From: Camelus dromedarius
Lineage: Eukaryota
Reading direction: 5' to 3'
Assembly: GCF_036321535.1 (NCBI RefSeq)
Contig: NC_087436.1
Coordinates: 930,001 to 994,000, forward strand
DNA: 64,000 nt
The notes beneath the pieces were generated by a model. The model saw nothing but the letters and a program-made list of their open reading frames with translations. It did not search any database and was not told the DNA's origin. Positions 1 through 11,400 of this stretch are shown one piece after another; position 1 is the first letter of the stretch; the number at the start of each line of letters is the position of its first letter. The translations under genes were made by a program, and so were the position numbers.

Positions 1-1169
1 CTCTGTTTCTCACTATGTTTCCTATTGCCGGTTTGAAGTTCCTGCAGTTTTCACTGTAAAACCGAGTTGGAGCTAGTACCTCACCATATATATGTATGAA
101 ATGGAGTTTGCAACTGAAAAGAAACTTTGTGTTCCCAACAAGCTAGGTGAAGGACGGCTTTCACACACACTTATCTCTCAGAACTGAGCAAGTGGAGAGA
201 CGTTCGTTCATCTAGCACCAAGGGAACGGGTTGCAGGAGACACTTTTTCTCTGCTTTCTCAGTCTGTTTCCTAGTGACGGTTTGAATTTCCTTCAGATTT
301 CACTGTAAAACCGAGTTGGAGCTGGTACCTCCCCATATATATGTATGGAATGGAGTTTGCAACTGAAAAGAAACTTTGTGTTCCCAACAAGCTAGGTGAA
401 GGACGGCTTTCACACACACTTATCTCTCCGAACTGAGCAAGTGGAGAGACGTTCGTTCATCTAGCACCAAGGGAACGGGTTGCAGGAGACACTTTTTCTC
501 TGCTTTCTCAGTCTGTTTCCTAGTGCCGGTTTGAAGTTCCTGCAGTTTTCACTGTAAAACCGAGTTGGAGCTTGTATCTCCCCATATATATGTATGGAAT
601 GGAGTTTGCAACTGAAAAGAAACTTTGTGTTCCCAACAAGCTAGGTGAAGGACGGCTTTCACACACACTTATCTCTCAGAACTGAGCAAGTGGAGAGACG
701 TTCGTTCATCTAGCACCAAGGGAACGGGTTGCAGGAGACACTTTTTCTCTGCTTTCTCAGTCTGTTTCCTAGTGTCGGTTTGAAGTTCCTGCCGTTTTCA
801 CTGTAAAACCGAGTTGGAGCTTCTACCTACCCATATATATGTATGGAATGGAGTTTGCAACTGAAAAGAAACTTTGTGTTCCCAACAAGCTAGGTGAAGA
901 ACGGCTTTCACACGCACTTATCTATCAGAACTGAGCAAGTGGAGAGACGTTCGTTCATCTAGCACCAAGGGAACGGGTTGCAGGAGACACTTTTTCTCTG
1001 CTTTCTCAGTCTGTTTCCTAGTGCCGGTTTGAAGTTCCTGCAGTTTTCACTGTAAAACCGAGTTGGAGTTTCTACCTCCCCATATATATGTATGGAATGG
1101 AGTTTGCAACTGAAAAGAAACTTTGTGTTCCCAACAAGCTAGGTGAAGTACGGCTTTCACACACCCTTA

Positions 1170-2635
1170 TCTCTCAGAACTGAGCAAGTGGAGAGACGTT
1201 CGTTCATCTAGCACCAAGGGAACGGGTTGCAGGAGACATTTTTTCTCTGCTTTCTCAGTCTGTTTCCTAGTGCCGGTTTCAAGTTCCTGCAGTTTTCACT
1301 GTCAAACCGAGTTGGAGCTTGTACCTCCCCATATATATGTATGGAATGGAGTTTGCAACTGAAAAGAAACTTTGTGTTCCCAACAAGCTAGGTGAAGGAC
1401 GGCTTTCACACACACTTATCTCTCAGAACAGAGCAAGTGGAGAGACGTTCGTTCATCTAGCACCAAGGGAACGGGTTGCAGGAGACACTTTTTCTCTGCT
1501 TTCTCAGTCTGTTTCCTAGTCCCGGTTTGAAGTTCCTGCAGTTTTCACTGTAAAACCGAGTTGGAGCTAGTACCTCCCCATATATATGTATGGAATGGAG
1601 TTTGCAACTGAAAAGATACTTTGTGTTCCCAACAAGCTAGGTGAAGGACGGCTTTCACACACACTTATCTCTCAGAACTGAGCAAGTGGAGAGACGTTCG
1701 TTCATCTAGCACCAAGGGAACGGGTTGCAGGAGACACTTTTTCTCTGCTTTCTCAGTATGTTTCCTAGTGACGGTTTGAATTTCCTTCAGATTTCACTGT
1801 AAAACCGAGTTGGAGCTGGTACCTCCCCATATATATGTATGGAATGGAGTTTGCAACTGAAAAGAAACTTTGTGTTCCCAACAAGCTAGGTGAAGGACGG
1901 CTTTCACACACTCTTATCTCTCAGAACTGAGCAAGTGGAGAGACGTTCGTTCATCTAGCACCAAGGGAACGGGTTGCAGGAGACATTTTTTCTCTGCCTT
2001 CTCAGTCTGTTTCCTAGTGCCGGTTTGAAGTTCCTGCAGTTTTCACTGTCAAACCGAGTTGGAGCTTGTACCTCCCCATATATATGTATGGAATGGAGTT
2101 TGCAACTGAAAAGAAACTTTGTGTTCCCAACAAGCTAGGTGAAGGACGGCTTTCACACACACTTATCTCTCAGAACAGAGCAAGTGGAGAGACGTTCGTT
2201 CATCTAGCACCAAGGGAACGGGTTGCAGGGGACACTTTTTCTCTGCTTTCTCAGTCTGTTTCCTAGTCCCGGTTTGAAGTTCCTGCAGTTTTCACTGTAA
2301 AACCGTGTTGGAGCTAGTACCTCCCCATATATATGTATGGAATGGAGTTTGCAACTGAAAAGATACTTTGTGTTCCCAACAAGCTAGGTGAAGGACGGCT
2401 TTCACACACACTTATCTCTCAGAACTGAGCAAGTGGAGAGACGTTCGTTCATCTAGCACCAAGGGAACGGGTTGCAGGAGACACTTTTTCTGTGCTTTCT
2501 CAATCTGTTTCCTAGTGACGGTTTGAATTACCTTCAGATTTCACTGTAAAACCGAGTTGGAGCTGGTACCTCCCCATATATATGTATGGAATGGAGTTTG
2601 CAACTGAAAAGAAACTTTGTGTTCCCAACAAGCTA
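1170..2635. repeat. Local 3-monomer duplication (747-bp offset)
   Basis: Variants GACATTTTTT, AGTCCCGG, AAGATACT and GTGACGG..CAGATTTC recur 747 bp apart; identical ORFs at 1319 and 2066. Confidence 0.85.
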
Positions 2636-3929
2636 GTTGAAGGACGGCTTTCACACACACTTATCTCTCAGAACCGAGCAAGTCGAGAGACGTTCGTTCA
2701 TCTAGCACAAAGGGAACGGGTTGCAGGAGACACTTTTTCTCTGCTTTCTCAGTCTGTTTCCTAGTGCCGGTTTGAAGTTCCTGCCGTTTTCAGTGTAAAA
2801 CCGAGTTGGAGCTTCTACCTCCCCATATATATGTATGGAATGGAGTTTGCAACTGAAAAGAAACTTTGTGTTCCCAACAAGCTAGGTGAAGGACGGCTTT
2901 CACACGAACTTATCTATCAGAACTGAGCTAGTGGAGAGACGTTTGTTCATCTAGCACCAAGGGAACGGGTTGCAGGAGACACTTTTTCTCTGCTTTCTCA
3001 GTCTGTTTCCTAGTGCCGGTTTGAAGTTCCTGCAGTTTTCACTGTAAAACCGAGTTGGAGTTTCTACCTCCCCATATATATGTATGGAATGGAGTTTGCA
3101 ACTGAAAAGAAACTTTGTGTTCCCAACAAGCTAGGTGAAGTACGGCTTTCACACACTCTTATCTCTCAGAACTGAGCAAGTGGAGAGACGTTCGTTCATC
3201 TAGCACCAAGGGAACGGGTTGAAGGAGACACTTTTTCTCTCCTTTCTCAGTCTGTTTCCTAGTGCCGGTTTGAAGTTCCTGCAGTTTTCACTGTCAAACC
3301 GAGTTGGAGCTTGTACCTCCCCATATATATGTATGGAATGGAGTTTGCAACTGAAAAGGAACTTTGTGTTCCCAACAAGCTAGGTGAAGGACGGCTTTCA
3401 CACACACTTATGTCTCAGAACAGAGCAAGTGGAGAGACGTTCGTTCATCTAGCACCAAGGGAACGGGTTGCAGGAGACACTTTTTCTCTGCTTTCTCAGT
3501 ATGTTTCCTAGTCCCGGTTTGAAGTTCCTGCAGTTTTCACTGTCAAACGGAGTTGGAGCTAGTACCTCCCCATATATATGTATGGAATGGAGTTTGCAAC
3601 TGAAAAGATACTTTGTGTTCCCAACAAGCTAGGTGAAGGACGGCTTTCACACACACTTATCTCTCAGAACTGAGCAAGTGGTGAGACGTTCGTTCATCTA
3701 GCACCAAGGGAACGGGTTGCAGGAGACACTTTTTCTCTGCTTTCTCAGTCTGTTTCCTAGTGCCGGTTTGAAGTTCCTGCAGTTCTCACTGTCAAACCGA
3801 GTTGGACCTAGTTCCTCCCCATATATATGTATGGAATGGAGTTTGCAACTGAAAAGAAACTTTGTGTTCCCAACAAGCTAGTTGAAGGACGGCTTTCACA
3901 CACACTTATCTCTCAGAATTGAGCAAGTG

Positions 3930-5410
3930 GAGAGACGTTCGTTCATCTAGCACCAAGGGAACGGGTTGCAGGAGACACTTTTTCTCTGCTTTCTCAGTCT
4001 GTTTCCTAGTGCCGGTTTGAAGTTCCTGCAGTTTTCACTGTAAAACCGAGTTGGAGCTAGTACCTCACCATATATATGTATGGAATGGAGTTTGCAACTG
4101 AAAAGAAACTTTGTGTTCCCAACAAGCTAGGTGAAGGACGGCTTTCACACACACTTATCTCTCAGAACTGAGCAAGTGGAGAGACGTTCGTTCATCTAGC
4201 ACCAAGGGAACGGGTTGCAGGAGACACTTTTTCTCTGCTTTCTCAGTCGGTTTCCTAGTGCCGTTTTGAAGTTCCTGCAGTTTTCACTGTAAAACCGAGT
4301 TGGAGCTTCTACCTCCCCATATATATGTATGGAATGGAGTTTGCAACTGAAAAGAAACTTTGTGTTCCCAAAAAGCTAGGAGAAGGACGGCTTTCACACG
4401 CACCTATCTCTCAGAACTGAGCAAGTGGAGAGATGTTCGTTCATCTAGCACCAAGGGAACGGTTTGAAGGAGACACTATTTCTCTGTTTCTCACTATGTT
4501 TCCTATTGCCGGTTTGAAGTTCCTGCAGTTTTCACTGTCAAACGGAGTTGGAGCTAGTACCTCCCCTTATATATGTATGGATTGGAGTTTGCAACTGAAA
4601 AGAAACTTTGTGTTCCCAACAAGCTAGGTGAAGGATGGCTTTCACACACACTTATCTCTCAGAACTGAGCAAGTGGAGAGACGTTCGTTCATCTAGCACC
4701 AAGGGAACGGGTTGCAGGAGACACTTTTTCTCTGCTTTCTCAGTCTGTTTCCTAGTGCCGGTTTGAAGTTCCTGCAGTTTTCACTGTAAAACCGAGTTGG
4801 AGCTAGTACCTCACCATATATATGTATGGAATGGAGTTAGCAACTGAAAAGAAACTTTGTGTTCCCAACAAGCTAGGTGAAGGACGGCTTTCACACACAC
4901 TTATCTCTCAGAACTGAGCAAGTGGAGAGACGTTCGTTCATCTAGCACAAAGGGAACGGGTTGCAGGAGACACTTTTTCTCTGCTTTCTCAGTCTGTTTC
5001 CTAGTGCCGGTTTGAAGTTCCTGCAGTTTTCACTGTAAAACCGAGTTGGAGCTTCTACCACCCCATATATATGTATGGAATGGAGTTTGCAACTGAAAAG
5101 AAACTTTGTGTTCCCAAAAAGCTAGGAGAAGGACGGCTTTCACACGCACCTATCTCTCAGAACTGAGCAAGTGGAGAGATGTTCGTTCATCTAGCACCAA
5201 GGGAACGGGTTGAAGGAGACACTATTTCTCTGTTTCTCACTATGTTTCCTATTGCCGGTTTGAAGTTCCTGCAGTTTTCACTGTCAAACGGAGTTGGAGC
5301 TAGTACCTCCCCTTATATATGTATGGAATGGAGTTTGCAACTGAAAAGAAACTTTGTGTTCCCAACAAGCTAGGTGAAGGACGGCTTTCACACACACTTA
5401 TCTCTCAGAA
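3930..5410. repeat. Local 3-monomer duplication (746-bp offset; one monomer has a 1-bp deletion)
   Basis: CTCACCA, AAAAGCTAGGAGAAGG, ACTATTTCTCTGTTTCTCACTATG and CCCCTTATA recur 746 bp apart; ORFs at 4433 and 5179. Confidence 0.85.
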
Positions 5411-6339
5411 CAGAGCAAGTGGAGAGACGTTCGTTCATCTAGCACCAAGGGAACGGGTTGCAGGAGACACTTTTTCTCTGCTTTCTCAATCTGTTTCCTA
5501 GTGCCGGTTTGAAGTTCCTGCAGTTTTCACTGTCAAACGGAGTTGGAGCTAGTACCTCCCCATATATACGTATGGAATGGAGTTTGCATCTGAAAAGAAA
5601 CTTTGTGTTCCCAACAAGCTAGGTGAAGGACGGCTTTCACACACACTTATCTCTCAGAACTGAGCAAGTGGAGAGACGTTCGTTCATCTAGCACCAAGGG
5701 AACGGGTTGCAGGAGACACTTTTTCTCTGCTTTCTCAGTCTGTTTCCTAGTGCCGGTTTGAAGTTCCTGCAGTTTTCACTGTCAAACCGAGTTGCTGCTT
5801 GTACCTCCCCATATATATGTATGGAATGGAGTTTGCAACTGAAAAGAAACTTTGTGTTCCCAACAAGCTAGGTGAAGGACGGCTTTCACACACACTTATC
5901 TCTCAGAACAGAGCAAGTGGAGAGACGTTCGTTCATCTAGCACGAAGGGAACGGGTTGCAGGAGACACTTTTTCTCTGCTTTCTCAGTCTGTTTCCTAGT
6001 CCCGGTTTGAAGTTCCTGCAGTTTTCACTGTAAAACCGAGTTGGAGCTAGTACCTCCCCATATATATGTATGGAAAGGAGTTTGCAACTGAAAAGATACT
6101 TTGTGTTCCCAACAAGCTAGGTGAAGGACGGCTTTCACACACACTTATCTCTCAGAACTGAGCAAGTGGAGAGACGTTCGTTCATCTAGCACCAAGGGAA
6201 CGGGTTGCAGGAGACACTTTTTCTCTGCTTTCTCAGTCTGTTTCCTAGTGCCGGTTTGAAGTTCCTGCAGTTTTCACTGTAAAACCGAGTTGGAGATTCT
6301 ACCTCCCCATATATATGTTTGGAATGGAGTTTGCAACTT

Positions 6340-8335
6340 AAAAGAAACTTTGTGTTCCCAACAAGCTAGGTGAAGGACGGCTTTCACACACACTTATCTC
6401 TCAGAACAGAGCAAGTTGAGAGACGTTCGTTCATCTAGCACCAAGGGAACGGGTTGCAGGGGACACTTTTTCTCTGCTTTCTCAGTCTGTTTCCTAGTGC
6501 CGGTTTGAAGTTCCTGCAGTTTTCACTGTGAAACCGAGTTGGAGCTAGTACCTCCCCATATATATGTATGGAATGGAGTTTGCAACTTAAAAGAAACTTT
6601 GTGTTCCCAACAAGCTAGGTGAAGGACGGCTTTCACACACACTTATCTCTCAGAACAGAGCAAGTTGAGAGACGTTCGTTCATCTAGCACCAAAGGAACG
6701 GGTTGCAGGGGACACTTTTTCTCTGCTTTCTCAGTCTGTTTCCTAGTGCCGGTTTGAAGTTCCTGCAGTTTTCACTGTGAAACCGAGTTGGAGCTAGTAC
6801 CTCCCCATATATATGTATGGAATGGAGTTTGCAAATGAAAAGAAACTTTGTGTTCCCAACAAGCTAGTTGAAGGTCGGCTTTCACACGCACATATCTCTC
6901 AGAACTGAGCAAGTGGAGAGACGTTCGTTCATCTAGCACCAAGGGAACGGGTTGCAGGAGACACTTTTTCTCTGCTTCCTCAGTCTGTTTCCTAGTGCCG
7001 GTTTGAAGTTCCTGCAGTTTTCACTGTAAAACCGGGTTGGAGCTTGTACCTCCCCATATATATGTATGGAATGGAGTTTGCAACTGAAAAGAAACTTTGT
7101 GTTCCCAACAAGCTAGGTGAAGGACGGCTTTCACACACACTTATCTCTCAGAACTGAGCAAGTGGATAGACGTTCTTTCATGTAGCACCAAGGGAACGTG
7201 TTGCAGGAGACACTTTTTCTCTTCTTCCTCAGTCTGTTTCCTAGTGCCGGTTTGAAGTTCCTGCAGTTTTCACTGTAAAACCGTGTTGGAGCTTGTACCT
7301 CCCCATATATATGAATGGAATGGAGTTTGCAACTGAAAAGAAACTTTGTGTTCCCAACAAGCTAGGTGAAGGACGGCTTTCACACACACTTATCTCTCAG
7401 AACAGAGCAAGTTGAGAGACGTTCGTTCATCTAGCACCAAGGGAACGGGTTGCAGGGGACACTTTTTCTCTGCTTTCTCAGTCTGTTTCCTAGTGCCGGT
7501 TTGAAGTTCCTGCAGTTTTCACTGTGAAACCGAGTTGGAGCTAGTACCTCCCCATATATATGTATGGAATGGAGTTTGCAACTTAAAAGAAACTTTGTGT
7601 TCCCAACAAGCTAGGTGAAGGACGGCTTTCACACACACTTATCTCTCAGAACAGAGCAAGTTGAGAGACGTTCGTTCATCTAGCACCAAAGGAACGGGTT
7701 GCAGGGGACACTTTTTCTCTGCTTTCTCAGTCTGTTTCCTAGTGCCGGTTTGAAGTTCCTGCAGTTTTCACTGTGAAACCGAGTTGGAGCTAGTACCTCC
7801 CCATATATATGTATGGAATGGAGTTTGCAAATGAAAAGAAACTTTGTGTTCCCAACAAGCTAGTTGAAGGTCGGCTTTCACACGCACATATCTCTCAGAA
7901 CTGAGCAAGTGGAGAGACGTTCGTTCATCTAGCACCAAGGGAACGGGTTGCAGGAGACACTTTTTCTCTGCTTCCTCAGTCTGTTTCCTAGTGCCGGTTT
8001 GAAGTTCCTGCAGTTTTCACTGTAAAACCGGGTTGGAGCTTGTACCTCCCCATATATATGTATGGAATGGAGTTTGCAACTGAAAAGAAACTTTGTGTTC
8101 CCAACAAGCTAGGTGAAGGACGGCTTTCACACACACTTATCTCTCAGAACTGAGCAAGTGGATAGACGTTCTTTCATGTAGCACCAAGGGAACGTGTTGC
8201 AGGAGACACTTTTTCTCTTCTTCCTCAGTCTGTTTCCTAGTGCCGGTTTGAAGTTCCTGCAGTTTTCACTGTAAAACCGTGTTGGAGCTTGTACCTCCCC
8301 ATATATATGAATGGAATGGAGTTTGCAACTGAAAA
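6340..8335. repeat. Local 4-monomer duplication (996-bp offset)
   Basis: GCAAGTTGAG, CCAAAGGAAC, GCAAATGAAA (~6831/~7827) and GGATAGACGTTCTTTCATGTAG (~7164/~8160) recur 996 bp apart. Confidence 0.85.
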
Positions 8336-8439
8336 GATACTTTGTGTTCCCAACAAGCTAGGTGAATGATGGCTTTCGCACACACTTATCTCTCAGAACT
8401 GAGCAAGTGGAGAGACGTTCGTTCATCTAGCACCAAGGG

Positions 8440-11400
8440 AACGGGTTGCAGGAGACACTTTTTCTCTGCTTTCTCAGTCTGTTTCCTAGTGCCGGTTTGA
8501 AGTTCCTGCAGTTTTCACTGTCAAACCTATTTGGAGCTAGTACCTCCCCATATATATGTATGGAATTGAGTTGGCAACTGAAAAGAAACTTTGTGTTCCC
8601 AACAAGGTATGTGAAGGACGGCTTTCACACACACTTATCTCTGAGAACAGAGCAAGTGGAGAGACGTTCTTTCATGTAGCTCCAATGGAACGGGTTGCAG
8701 GAGACACTTTTTCTCTGCTTCCTCAGTCTGTTTCCTAGTGCCGGTTTGAAGTTCCTGCAGTTTTCACTCTCAAACCGAGTTGGAGCTAGTACCTCCCCAT
8801 ATATATGTATGGAATTGAGTTGGCAACTGAAAAGTAACTTTGTGTCCCCAACAAGCTAGGTGAAGGACGGCTTTCACACACATTTATCTCTCAGAACTGA
8901 GCAAGTGGAGAGACGTTCTTTCATGTAGCACCAAGGGAACGGGTTGCAGGAGACACTTTTTCTATGCTTCCTCAGTCTGTTTCCTAGTGCCGGTTTGAAG
9001 TTCCTGCAGTTTTCACTGTTAAACCGAGTTGGAGCTTCTACCTCCCCATATATATGTATGGAATGGAGTTTGCAACTGAAAAGAAAATTTGTGTTCCCAA
9101 CAAGCAAGTTGAAGGACGGCTTTCACACACACTTATCTCTCAGAACAGAGCAATTGGAGAGACGTTCGTTCATCTAGCACCAAGGGAACGGGTTGCAGGA
9201 GACACTTTTTCTCTGCTTTCTCAGTCTGTTTCCTAGTGCCGGTTTGAAGTTCCTTCAGTTTTCACTGTCAACCCGAGTTGGAGCTAGTACCTCCCCATAT
9301 ATATGTATGGAATGGAGTTTGCAACTGAAAAGAAACTTTGTGTTCCCAACAAGCTAGGTGAAGGACGGCTTTCACACGCACATATCTCTCAGAACTTAGC
9401 AAGTGGAGAGATGTTCGTTCATCTAGCACCAAGGGAACGGGTTGCAGGAGACCCTTTTTCTCTGCTTTCTCAGTCTGTTTCCTAGTGCCGGTTTGAAGTT
9501 CCTGCAGTTTTCATTGTCAAACCAATTTGGAGCTTGTATCTCCCCATATATAAGTATGGAATGGAGTTTCCAACTGAAAAGAAACTTTGTGTTCCCAACA
9601 AGCTAGGTGAAGGACGGCTTTCACACACACTTATCTCTCAGAACAGAGCAATTTGAGAGACGTTCGTTCATCTAGCACCAAGGGAACGGGTTGCAGGAGA
9701 CACTTTTTCTCTGTTTTCTCAGTCTGTTTCCTAGTGCCGGTTTGATGTTCCTGCAGTTTTCACTGTGAATCCGAGTTGGAGCTTCTACTTCCCCATATAT
9801 ATGTATGGAATGGAGTTTGCAACTGAAAAGAAACTTTGTGTTCCCAACAAGCTAGGTGAAGGACGGCTTTCACACACACTTATCTCTCAGAACTGAGCAA
9901 GTGGAGAGACGTTCGTTCATCTAGCACCAAGGGAACGGGTTGCAGGAGACACTTTTTCTCTGCTTTCTCAGTCTGTTTCCTAGTGCCGGTTTGAAGTTCC
10001 TGCAGTTTTCACTGTGAAACCGCGTTGGAGCTAGTACCTCCCCATATATATGTATGGAATGGAGTTTGCAACTGAAAAGAAACTTTGTGTTCCCAAAAAG
10101 CTAGTTGAAGGACGGCTTTCACACACACTTATCTCTCAGAACTGAGCAAGTGGAGAGACGTTCGTTCATCTAGCACCAAGGGAACGGGTTGCAGTAGACA
10201 CTTTTTCTCTGCATTCTCAGTCTGTTTCCTAGTGCCGGTTTGAAGTTCCTGCAGTTTTCACTGTAAAACCGAGTTGGAGCTAGTACCTCCCCATATATAT
10301 GTATGGAATGGAGTTTGCAACTGAAAAGAAACTTTGTGTTCCCAACAAGCTAGGTGAAGGACGGCTTTCACACACACTTATCTCTCAGAACTGAGCAAGT
10401 GGAGAGACGTTCGTTCATCTAGCACAAAGGGAACGGGTTGCAGGAGACACTTTTTCTCTGCTTTCTCAGTCTGTTTCCTAGTGCCGGTTTGAAGTTCCTG
10501 CAGTTTTCACTGTCAAACCTATTTGGAGCTAGTACCTCCCCATATATATGTATGGAATTGATTTGGCAACTGAAAAGAAACTTTGTGTTCCCAACAAGCT
10601 ATGTGAAGGACGGCTTTCAAACACACTTATCTCTGAGAACTGAGCAAGTGGAGAGACGTTCTTTCATGTAGCTCCAATGGAACGGGTTGCAGGAGACACT
10701 TTTTCTCTGCTTCCTCAGTCTGTTTCCTAGTGCCGGTTTGAAGTTCCTGCAGTTTTCACTCTCAAACCGAGTTGGAGCTAGTACCTCCCCATATATATGT
10801 ATGGAATTGAGTTGGCAACTGAAAAGAAACTTTGTGTCCCCAACAAGCTAGGTGAAGGACGGCTTTCACACACATTTATCTCTCAGAACTGAGCAAGTGG
10901 AGAGACGTTCTTTCATGTAGCACCAAGGGAACGGGTTGCAGGAGACACTTTTTCTATGCTTCCTCAGTCTGTTTCCTAGTGCCGGTTTGAAGTTCCTGCA
11001 GTTTTCACTGTTAAACCGAGTTGGAGCTTCTACCTCCCCATATATATGTATGGAATGGAGTTTGCAACTGAAAAGAAACTTTGTGTTCCCAACAAGCAAG
11101 GTGAAGGACGGCTTTCACACACACTTATCTCTCAGAACAGAGCAATTGGAGAGACGTTCGTTCATCTAGCACCAAGGGAACGGGTTGCAGGAGACACTTT
11201 TTCTCTGCTTTCTCAGTCTGTTTCCTAGTGCCGGTTTGAAGTTCCTGCAGTTTTCACTGTCAACCCGAGTTGGAGCTAGTACCTCCCCATATATATGTAT
11301 GGAATGGAGTTTGCAACTGAAAAGAAACTTTGTGTTCCCAACAAGCTAGGTGAAGGACGGCTTTCACACGCACATATCTCTCAGAACTTAGCAAGTGGAG

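Noticed and set aside
249..497. Tandem 5S rRNA, tRNA, snRNA or spliced-leader gene array
   Set aside because: I recognise no such RNA sequence, cloverleaf or convincing Pol III A/B box pair. The T5 run and TATATA are too short to count as evidence.
249..497. Ancient internal subrepeat (CCTAGTGCCGGTTTGAAG / CCAACAAGCTAGGTGAAG / CCAAGGGAACGGGTTGCAG)
   Set aside because: The similarity is weak (about 13 of 19 with a gap) and the spacing is irregular. It cannot be separated from chance without a self-alignment test.
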